From sequence record DRR723986_5794: a stretch of DNA of 20,000 nucleotides; one strand, written 5' to 3'. The stretch's first letter is position 1. Every line of letters starts with the position of its first letter. The notes beneath the pieces were generated by a model. That model was not told the origin of the DNA. It saw nothing but the letters and a program-made list of their open reading frames with translations, and did not search any database. Positions 7,260-15,496 of this stretch are shown piece by piece. The translations under genes were made by a program, and so were the position numbers.

Positions 7260-10200
7260 TTATAAAAGGTACATTTTTCCGAAGGACTTTTTGAAGTACT
7301 TATCTGCTTCAGATTCTCGGTGCTCAATTTCTTCACCGTTCATCTTAACAATTACTCGATACAAGTATACTCCTCGGGCTAATTTGTCACCAAATTCATC
7401 TGTACCGTCCCATTCAAAATCTGTGATATTTCGTCCTATTTGGATATCTCCAAGTTCATCTCTTGTTATTTCTCTAACAACCGTACCCGTCACGTTCATG
7501 ATTTGAATAGTAAATTCATCCGGAACCTCAGCACCCGTTAAAGTAAATACAAATCGAGTTGATGTCGTAAACGGATTTGGGTAGTTCATTAAATTGGTAA
7601 TAGAAGAGTTGTGATCTACTTCAAATTCAATATCATATTCGAAATCCCCTGAGAGGTTATCACTTTTATCAACTCCTTGAACCAGTAAGCGATACTCACC
7701 ATCTTGTTCAAAGTTTGATTGCATAATAATTTTAAACTTTCGATTAGATGCATTTGCAGGCACCCATTCAAGCAAGGGCTCACCCAAACTATTTCTGAAA
7801 TTTAGTCGTTGTTGAAAACCATCAGGGTGAGTCAAATACAGGCCAAAATTTGCTGTATCTGCTTCAGTATCCATAATTAAATAAGGATTGTCATCTTTCA
7901 AACTAATTACTACCTCTGCATAAGGGTCAACGATATCGCCATTTAGTATGTGATAACCATTAAATGTAACGTCAAGTATTGGATTTTGATTATCTCCAGA
8001 AACAAAAAACGGCTTTTGACCAAGGTTATTAAAATGATGCTTTTCTAGCTGATCTTTCTCACCATTTGAAACGTAAGGATTAACTTCAACCCATAGACTG
8101 TTAAGGCCATCAAAATCTTTTGTGTCAACTTCAAGCGTATCTCTAATTGTTCCTGTAACTCTGAGTGAATCTTGCCTAGCGTATGGAATTGGGGTAATGG
8201 CATGCTGTGCATCTTCAATCCAATATTTGACTAAAAGAGAATCCATTGGAAGGTCAGAAATATTATCAATATCAAAAGCGATTGCTAGATCTTGTCCTTC
8301 ATACAGGGTATCACCAGGAACCCAATATAAACTGGTATTCGCAGTACTCAATGCAGCCTCCGGAACATCATCATACAACACGTGCCATCCATCAATTTGA
8401 GAAGGTGTAAAACCTGTTTTATCCCATTGCTGTGCATGAAGTTGAATGTATGGATATGTAGAAGCGTCAATTATTGATCCTAAATTCGGAATAGAATCAA
8501 AAGCTTGCGCTAGCGTATCTATCAAAATTGTTGCTGCCCCAGAATGAGTGTAGCCCCAAATCTGAATTCGCGTACTATCATCAGTTGGTGACTCTAGCGA
8601 ATCTAATCTCCAATAAGCAGTTTCCCAATTTAAACTTGGTCCAATTAAAGGCCCCGATTCCGCTCCATAGAAGTCAAAGCCCCACAGGGTATCCAACATA
8701 GAGATGTCAGATTCTATCGTATCTCCAAAAACTTCATGCGTACCTCCATTCAAAACGGTGATACCTGATCCTCCTGAATTTCCTTTTTTCGTAAAGACGA
8801 TAAATGGTTTATTCTCAGTTTGACCAGGGTGAATGCTATCACATCCCAAGCTGGCAAAGGTGTTGAAATTATCAGCATCCCAATTGATGAAATCTGCATA
8901 ACGAGCGGTGTAAATTAGAATATAATGCCCATCAGGAACTTCATTTTGAATCAGGTTGTCAAAAGCATCCATTTGGGTGGCATTATTTTGTTGATAGGCA
9001 AAATGATACTCTACTCGCGGTCTGCATCCGCCATCATGATTTGAGTTACCAAAATCGTTATTTGGATTATGAATTGTGGCACCATCATCATAATAAGTTC
9101 CCCAAGGCTCTAAAGTGACTGGATCAATTACACTTACTAATAATTGCGGGTTAATTGAACAAAAGTTATACTCTTCTATTTCTCCATCAATATGGTAAAG
9201 TGTAAATGCAGTTTCTAGAAATGAGGTTGCGTTCCCATAAACATCACAATCTATTGTTCTAAACGCTGGACCAAAAGTACGCTGTCGTGCAGGACGTTCA
9301 TAATTCAAGAACAGGAAATCATTATTCTTAAATTGAAAGAAGTGGTCTTGACCCCATCCAACTTTATTATTGATGTGTTGAAAAGAACTCTCAATCCAAT
9401 AATAGCTGCCAGTGTCTTCTACCGCGACTCTCCAGAAATAAACCATACTGTCTTCTAGAATCAGTTCATTCTGCATACCTGAGTTCACATTAATCCATTC
9501 ATTGTATTCTACTTCAACTACGCCTCCAGCAGAAAACTGCGTTGAATATCTATGCGCTGGTGAATTGAATAAGTCGGTAGTATCTACCTCAAATCTGTAC
9601 GTTGCAAAATCAGCAAATGGGTTTACTGTAGACCCTTTAAAAGTAACGGTATCTCTGGGATAAACGGCAAAATCATAAGGCCATACCGGATAAATACCAT
9701 CAATATCAAAAATCTCTTGAAAGGTTAACTGGTTGTTACCTACCTCATCATATTGCTCATCAATGACACTCGGTTGATCCATAACCACCTCAAATTCATT
9801 GATTCCAATTGCAAGGTTATTGTAAAAAGGTATGGTAAACACGATAGTATCTATGTATCCGATTCCTGAAACCAATTTTGTATATAAGGAATCAGGACCG
9901 TTATTAGGAAAGTGTCTGGTTAGTTCAATTGCGAACGTATCTGAAGTTGCCATACCTAAATTATAGATTACAACATTCACCTCAATAGAATCAACACTCA
10001 AATCAACTTCTTCGGGAGTAATAAATACACTAGACTGGTTGATCTCTAATTCCGGTTTTTCATGCGGGTTTAATCTTAATGCTGGATCACCATGAAGGGT
10101 CATTTGCGTCATTACATTTTCTCCACCAAAAGATACGGCACCATCATCTAACAAATCCACCGTATTCCTTATGGACTCACCCAAACTCCCTCCATAATTG

Positions 10201-12419
10201 TCAGTAGAAATCTGTTTGAATAACACTTTAGAATAATCATTCAAACTATTAGAAAAGGCCTGTTTTACATTGGCCAAAAAAGCAATAGAACCTTTATCTT
10301 CTATTAGAACATACTTCTCAGAAGTACTGAAAGAAGTGGGTTCAAAAATATTCCCCGTCAAACAAGCATTTCCGACAACAACTGGGTATTTTCCTTTATT
10401 ATCCCAGTTTGCCGGTTCATCAACATTTTGATCAAATCCATCTGCCGAGGCGTGACCGAAAAATGTCATGATAGAAACCCCGTTATTGATATAATCATTC
10501 ACTTCATAAAGCGTTACAGGGTCAATTGGATCTGAAACAGTTTTAAAAAATGAAGTTACATTACCACCAAACAAACCATTTTCCAAATCATTTTCATAGT
10601 TCTGTAGGTAGTTTTTAAATTGTGTTTGCTCTACAATATTGCCTCCACCACCAAAATGCAGGACCTCTTTTTGCCATAGTTTATCTGGTACATTATAAAT
10701 TGAGCTTGGAATTTGGTTTGCTTCAAACTCAATCATTTTATTTAAATAAACCGTTACTTCTTGTGGGGTTTTAGCAGCCAATCTTCCTGTTGGAATTAAT
10801 GGGCTCAAATAATTCCCTGAAAGTTCTGAAGTCAATAAAATATCGCTACATGGATATCCTATGGCCGGTACTATACAATCTTCATATGAATTCTGATCTT
10901 GTCTCGTTCCATACTGAGCGGCAACACTTTCATTACCCTCCCTTATTCCTTTTCCAATTAAAAATAAGTTGTTTGGTTTGAGTGTTGCGGATTCATAAGC
11001 AAATTGAACAAATTTTCGAATGTTAAAAGGATGCTTACTTACCCCACCTCCAAACTGATACATTAATTCTTTTTCGTTAATCAATAATACGTTAAACCCT
11101 CCACCAGCAGGTGATTGTCTATAATTTGCATAATCACCGGCCGCAGTCATTAGGTCTCCACCGGAAATCAGTAGGTAAGCATCTTCAAAATTTGTTGTGC
11201 TAAAATTGACAAAATCACCAGTTCCGTTAATTGGGTTCAAGGACGTGATACTTTGAATTGCAGCTTGATCAAATAAATAAAGATCTTGGTTATTACCTGA
11301 AACCGCATTCGGAATCAACAATTGATAAGTGCCCGCATTATCGACAACAGGGATCAGCTTCATGTTTTCTGAAATCACCAAAGCCATAGGACTAGTTGAA
11401 TTAAAGTTCGTAAAATCTAACCTTGTTTTGGCTGCCGAAGAATGAAACGGAACCTCACATTTGAACACAGATGTGCTAAATAGGTTTAAGGCGTGTGGGT
11501 AACGAATATCTACACTAGTTACGGATTGATAATCAGATGCCACACCCAAATCATTCACCAATTGATGCCTTACCTTCGTACTTGACGCACCCAAAGAAGT
11601 AGCAGGAATTGAAAATTTCAACTTATTCAGTTGGTAACCTGTAAAAATGGTATCAATTGCGGTGATGTTTGAAGTAGAGTATTGAACTCTCAAATGATGA
11701 TTTCCTTGAGTAACTACGGTTGCATTCGAATAACCAATTGAACGTGCCTCTACCTCCGCATTCGGTGCACCTGCCCCGGTGTAAGCTCCAGCTGTTGGGA
11801 CGTTAACATCATTAAAACTAGCGCCAGAAACTGCGTTAAACGGGACCCCTGACCAACCTTCACCTTCAGTATAGGTTGAATAAGACATTCCCGAAATTTT
11901 AAAGCCTTCTAGATAGTTATTATGGTTTTCAATAAAATTAGTTTTGAATACGTAATTGCTTGGCACATATGAACCGAAGGCAATATCCGTCTCTTCCTGG
12001 ATTCTACTATTGGTTGTTGCAGCGTTCCAACTTAAAAAGTAATGGATGGTGTCATTAAAGTGAGGATAATGGTCATTTGCAACGTGATCTGGGTCATCAT
12101 ACATGGTTGAATCTAACCAAATCGTGTTTTTACGGCCGTAAAACAAGATGTAATCTCCTGCATCAAAACTTCCGTCTCCCCCATCTTCAACCAGAATTTG
12201 TTGTTCTTGTTGGAAGGCAAATAGTTGGAAATTATCTGGTGAGATGCTCGAAACTGGAATTCCAGCTGCAGACATAGTTGCATGATCAATTTGATATACC
12301 CCGTCTTGCCAAATTTTAAACGAATAATACTTTTGAGAATAATCAATCCAATCATTGGCGTACTGTCCAATTGAAACTGAACACCAAAAAAGGGTCAATA
12401 TTGCCAAAAATTTATTCAT
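7260..12419 (-). CDS. porU2: Putative T9SS sortase PorU2-like C25 (gingipain-family) cysteine peptidase with type A CTD
   Basis: Signal peptide followed by QYANDWIDYSQKYY..KI.QDGVY.I. C25 features: YQFGGG, LFLIGKG, SDIL, PTGRLAA, TFFGHAS (His656), GNACLTG (Cys686), TLHGDPAL. Ig/CARDB-like domain, then a PorU-type CTD NYPNPF...WDGTDEFGDKLARGVYLY. Lies directly downstream of a PorV-family gene. Confidence 0.85.
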   Translation of the reverse strand: MNKFLAILTLFWCSVSIGQYANDWIDYSQKYYSFKIWQDGVYQIDHATMSAAGIPVSSISPDNFQLFAFQQEQQILVEDGGDGSFDAGDYILFYGRKNTIWLDSTMYDDPDHVANDHYPHFNDTIHYFLSWNAATTNSRIQEETDIAFGSYVPSNYVFKTNFIENHNNYLEGFKISGMSYSTYTEGEGWSGVPFNAVSGASFNDVNVPTAGAYTGAGAPNAEVEARSIGYSNATVVTQGNHHLRVQYSTSNITAIDTIFTGYQLNKLKFSIPATSLGASSTKVRHQLVNDLGVASDYQSVTSVDIRYPHALNLFSTSVFKCEVPFHSSAAKTRLDFTNFNSTSPMALVISENMKLIPVVDNAGTYQLLIPNAVSGNNQDLYLFDQAAIQSITSLNPINGTGDFVNFSTTNFEDAYLLISGGDLMTAAGDYANYRQSPAGGGFNVLLINEKELMYQFGGGVSKHPFNIRKFVQFAYESATLKPNNLFLIGKGIREGNESVAAQYGTRQDQNSYEDCIVPAIGYPCSDILLTSELSGNYLSPLIPTGRLAAKTPQEVTVYLNKMIEFEANQIPSSIYNVPDKLWQKEVLHFGGGGNIVEQTQFKNYLQNYENDLENGLFGGNVTSFFKTVSDPIDPVTLYEVNDYINNGVSIMTFFGHASADGFDQNVDEPANWDNKGKYPVVVGNACLTGNIFEPTSFSTSEKYVLIEDKGSIAFLANVKQAFSNSLNDYSKVLFKQISTDNYGGSLGESIRNTVDLLDDGAVSFGGENVMTQMTLHGDPALRLNPHEKPELEINQSSVFITPEEVDLSVDSIEVNVVIYNLGMATSDTFAIELTRHFPNNGPDSLYTKLVSGIGYIDTIVFTIPFYNNLAIGINEFEVVMDQPSVIDEQYDEVGNNQLTFQEIFDIDGIYPVWPYDFAVYPRDTVTFKGSTVNPFADFATYRFEVDTTDLFNSPAHRYSTQFSAGGVVEVEYNEWINVNSGMQNELILEDSMVYFWRVAVEDTGSYYWIESSFQHINNKVGWGQDHFFQFKNNDFLFLNYERPARQRTFGPAFRTIDCDVYGNATSFLETAFTLYHIDGEIEEYNFCSINPQLLVSVIDPVTLEPWGTYYDDGATIHNPNNDFGNSNHDGGCRPRVEYHFAYQQNNATQMDAFDNLIQNEVPDGHYILIYTARYADFINWDADNFNTFASLGCDSIHPGQTENKPFIVFTKKGNSGGSGITVLNGGTHEVFGDTIESDISMLDTLWGFDFYGAESGPLIGPSLNWETAYWRLDSLESPTDDSTRIQIWGYTHSGAATILIDTLAQAFDSIPNLGSIIDASTYPYIQLHAQQWDKTGFTPSQIDGWHVLYDDVPEAALSTANTSLYWVPGDTLYEGQDLAIAFDIDNISDLPMDSLLVKYWIEDAQHAITPIPYARQDSLRVTGTIRDTLEVDTKDFDGLNSLWVEVNPYVSNGEKDQLEKHHFNNLGQKPFFVSGDNQNPILDVTFNGYHILNGDIVDPYAEVVISLKDDNPYLIMDTEADTANFGLYLTHPDGFQQRLNFRNSLGEPLLEWVPANASNRKFKIIMQSNFEQDGEYRLLVQGVDKSDNLSGDFEYDIEFEVDHNSSITNLMNYPNPFTTSTRFVFTLTGAEVPDEFTIQIMNVTGTVVREITRDELGDIQIGRNITDFEWDGTDEFGDKLARGVYLYRVIVKMNGEEIEHRESEADKYFKKSFGKMYLL

Positions 12420-13527
12420 CTAAGGATGGTGATGAATCATCTGTCTTTTTAGGATCGGACAATCCAAATCTTAATGAAAATACATGACTATATAATGCCA
12501 CAGAGGCATCTCCTATATCAGTAAATGCATAATCAAGTTTCACACTTTTAAAACCGACACCAATACCGATATTGGGCTGAAAAGTGAGCGACTCTGTTAA
12601 ATCTGAATTCTTTATCCATTGGTAATTTCCGAAACCTGCTCTAATTGCTACCCATTTACCATATCCCAATTCTATCCCGATATGCGGATCAATACTTACA
12701 GGATTTGTTCTGAACAGAACATTTCTTCTTCCATCCGTATTCAAATCAAAGTTAATTTCTGACCTAACATAAAACTCTTTTACAATGTTGGTTTTGAATT
12801 GGGCACCAAGTATAAATTTAGGCAAGGTTAATTCTAAGCCATTTTGTGGAATTTCATTATTCGTAGCTTCAAAAGTTTCAATCATTTGATCATCTAAATC
12901 AAATGACCAGGCATTAAAAGTAGAAGTTGCATCTCTAATTACTCCCCCGAATTTCCAATACTTTCCTAACTTATAATTGATTCCAGCATCTAGTCCAAAT
13001 CCCCATGATCGGGCGAAATCTCCAACATGTCGATAAATTACTTTAAAATTTCCACCAAGGCTCATTCCTTCTATAGGCATTTTTCTGGCATATGAAAATA
13101 GGAAACCATAATCACCAGCAGTGAATGTTGTGATTTTATCGTAATCTATATTCCCAGAAGCATCAATTAGCTGAGTAGTATTTGGAATATCATCAACACC
13201 AAACCGAATAAATGTAAAACCAGCCGCAGATTTTTCGTCAATGGGTTTTGCAATTCCAATATAATCGTACTTGGCAATGCCTGCAAAATATTCTGCGTGC
13301 ATGGCTCCGATTTGCAAAAAGTCTTTGATCTCCGTTAATCCTGCCGGATTCCAATAACCAGCTGTGACATCATCTACACCTGCAACAACTGAATTCGACA
13401 TTCCAAGAGCGCTAGCTCCTACCCCAATAGATAGAAACTCATTAGAATATTTTGGTGCTAAATCTCCCTGAGAGAAGACAGTTGATGTCATAAAAATGAC
13501 CGATAGAACGAGCCCTAATTTTTTCAT
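12412..13527 (-). CDS. porV2: PorV/PorQ-family outer-membrane beta-barrel (PorV2-like T9SS sorting protein)
   Basis: Signal peptide; KYSNEFLSIGVGASALGM, YWNPAGL, GFGLDAG, LDYAF...HVFSL, with amphipathic beta-strands. Overlaps the start of the C25 gene by 8 nt. Confidence 0.88.
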   Translation of the reverse strand: MKKLGLVLSVIFMTSTVFSQGDLAPKYSNEFLSIGVGASALGMSNSVVAGVDDVTAGYWNPAGLTEIKDFLQIGAMHAEYFAGIAKYDYIGIAKPIDEKSAAGFTFIRFGVDDIPNTTQLIDASGNIDYDKITTFTAGDYGFLFSYARKMPIEGMSLGGNFKVIYRHVGDFARSWGFGLDAGINYKLGKYWKFGGVIRDATSTFNAWSFDLDDQMIETFEATNNEIPQNGLELTLPKFILGAQFKTNIVKEFYVRSEINFDLNTDGRRNVLFRTNPVSIDPHIGIELGYGKWVAIRAGFGNYQWIKNSDLTESLTFQPNIGIGVGFKSVKLDYAFTDIGDASVALYSHVFSLRFGLSDPKKTDDSSPSLDE

Positions 13528-13611
13528 AAATGGTGTTGAGTAAAATTAACAATTATTGTTCACTCATGGATAAACTCTCAAAACAATAAAAAATTGTACT
13601 CTCAAACTAAA

Positions 13612-13619
13612 CAAATATA
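13612..13619 (-). promoter_or_regulatory. Candidate -7 element (TATATTTG) for porV2-porU2
   Basis: CAAATATA on + equals TAnnTTTG on -, 84 nt upstream of ATG 13527. A TTTG lies 15 nt further upstream, closer than the canonical spacing. Confidence 0.5.
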
Positions 13620-13729
13620 CGGCGAAAGCAACAACAAAGTTGGGCTACGACTCTATTTTGACGAATCAAAAACTCATCAATTACAAGCTTGCGAACCATA
13701 TATCATAATAAATCTGCATTTTTGTGGTG

Positions 13730-14485
13730 ATGCAAATCAAACGACTCATACCAAATTTATTGACCGCAGGAAACCTTGTTGGAGGAATTTTAGCGATTAT
13801 TCTTGCCCTAACTGGAAAGCTTGAACAGGCACCAATTTGGATATTAATTTCTGCTGTATTTGATTTTCTAGATGGATTTGCAGCCAGATTATTAAAAGTA
13901 CAGAGCGAATTGGGCAAACAGCTGGATTCTTTGGCAGACATGGTTACTTTTGGAGTTGCACCAGGCATCATTATTTTCGTGTTTTTCAATCATGCACTTC
14001 AAGGTCATGGAATTGAAGGTTATAATTGGACGGCTTATTTTGCCTTGCTAATCCCGATTTGTTCATTATTTCGATTGGCCAAATTCAATCTTGACACGCG
14101 TCAAACAGATATGTTTATTGGATTACCAACACCGGCAATGACGATTTTTTTCGCCACTTTCCCCTTACTTTTAAGTGATGCCATCAACCCTTTCACGGAA
14201 TGGAAAATGCACATTATTGGATTCATAAGTCACCCTGTTGTGTTAACCTCTCTTATCGTTGTCATGTCAACTTTGATGCTATTAGAACTTCCACTTTTTG
14301 CATTAAAATTCAAGCACTTTAAATTTAAGGGAAATGAGATTCGATACATCTTTTTAACAATCTCGCTCGGATTGTTGGCAACTTTATTTGTGTGGGCCCT
14401 ACCTATAATTATCCTATTATATATAATTTTGTCTCTAATTAATAATCTCACTAAAAAGTCTGTAAAAGATGAAATTCAAAGCTGA
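13730..14485 (+). CDS. pssA: CDP-diacylglycerol--serine O-phosphatidyltransferase (CDP-alcohol phosphatidyltransferase family)
   Basis: IPNLLT start, signature DFLDGFAAR-x7-GKQLDSLAD, RLAKFN and FIGLPTPA, with multiple TM helices. ATG 13730 preferred over GTG 13724. Confidence 0.9.
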   Translation: MQIKRLIPNLLTAGNLVGGILAIILALTGKLEQAPIWILISAVFDFLDGFAARLLKVQSELGKQLDSLADMVTFGVAPGIIIFVFFNHALQGHGIEGYNWTAYFALLIPICSLFRLAKFNLDTRQTDMFIGLPTPAMTIFFATFPLLLSDAINPFTEWKMHIIGFISHPVVLTSLIVVMSTLMLLELPLFALKFKHFKFKGNEIRYIFLTISLGLLATLFVWALPIIILLYIILSLINNLTKKSVKDEIQS

Positions 14486-14720
14486 AATTGACGTAATGCC
14501 TAAAGATGCATTGTTAGATCCACAAGGAAAAGCGGTAACTCAATCAATGGGGAACTTAGGTTTAAACGAAGTTTCTGACGTTAGAATAGGTAAACATATT
14601 CGTCTTTTCATTGAGGCAGATTCTAAAGCTGCTGCTGAGGCTAAAGCTGATGAAGCTTGTAAAAAGATATTAGCTAATGAGATTATGGAGTCTTACTCTT
14701 TTGAGGTAGTTGAGGCTTAA
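14469..14720 (+). CDS. purS: Phosphoribosylformylglycinamidine synthase subunit PurS
   Basis: 83 aa; LDPQGKAV, VRIGK and CKKILANEIME motifs. Overlaps the end of pssA by 17 nt. Confidence 0.95.
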   Translation: MKFKAEIDVMPKDALLDPQGKAVTQSMGNLGLNEVSDVRIGKHIRLFIEADSKAAAEAKADEACKKILANEIMESYSFEVVEA

Positions 14721-14721
14721 T

Positions 14722-15480
14722 TTACTTAATCAACTTTTGCCCACCTTTTAATTGGGGTTTTCTTAATTCGAAATTCTCTCCTAAGTAAACTTTTCTTACC
14801 ATTTCATCTTCGGCGAGTTGCTCTGCGGTGCCCTCTCTCAAAATAGAACCTTCAAAAAGTAGATAGGTCCTATCTGTAATTGAAAGTGTTTCTTGCACAT
14901 TATGATCGGTAATCAGTACGCCAATATTTCTTTCTTTCAGCTTGGCTACAATTTTTTGAATGTCCTCTACAGCAATTGGATCAACACCTGCAAAAGGTTC
15001 ATCCAACAAAATAAACTTTGGATCAGTTGCTAATGCACGTGCTATCTCTGTTCTTCTTTTCTCTCCGCCAGATAAGCTTTGTCCTAAGTTTTTACGCACG
15101 TGCCCTAAACCAAACTCCTCAATCAAGGATTCCAGTTTTTCTTCACGCTCTTGTTTGCTCAATTTTGTCATTTCAAGAACTGCCATGATGTTGTTCTCAA
15201 TACTCATCTTTCTAAATACTGAAACTTCTTGTGGCAAATACCCGATTCCCATCTGAGCCCTTTTATACATAGCGGCCTTGGTTATATCGGTATCATCCAA
15301 GTACACATGCCCTTCATTTGGCCTCACTAATCCCACGATCATATAAAAGGAAGTTGTTTTACCGGCACCATTCGGCCCCAGCAACCCTACAATTTCACCT
15401 TGATTTACTTCAACTGAAACGCCCTTTACGACTTTACGGCCCTTATATGATTTTTGTATGTTTTCTGCTCTTAATTTCAT
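14722..15480 (-). CDS. lptB: LPS export ABC transporter ATP-binding protein LptB
   Basis: [61 protein letters not shown] and VYLGENF motifs. Confidence 0.97.
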   Translation of the reverse strand: MKLRAENIQKSYKGRKVVKGVSVEVNQGEIVGLLGPNGAGKTTSFYMIVGLVRPNEGHVYLDDTDITKAAMYKRAQMGIGYLPQEVSVFRKMSIENNIMAVLEMTKLSKQEREEKLESLIEEFGLGHVRKNLGQSLSGGEKRRTEIARALATDPKFILLDEPFAGVDPIAVEDIQKIVAKLKERNIGVLITDHNVQETLSITDRTYLLFEGSILREGTAEQLAEDEMVRKVYLGENFELRKPQLKGGQKLIK

Positions 15481-15496
15481 TTACTGCAATAATGTG

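Noticed and set aside
7291-12370. Short ORFs antisense to or nested within porU2
   Set aside because: Entirely inside a well-supported gene, with no recognisable features.
13594-14451. ORFs 13594-13824 (+), 13681-13989 (-) and 14230-14451 (-)
   Set aside because: They overlap pssA in alternative or antisense frames and show no motifs.
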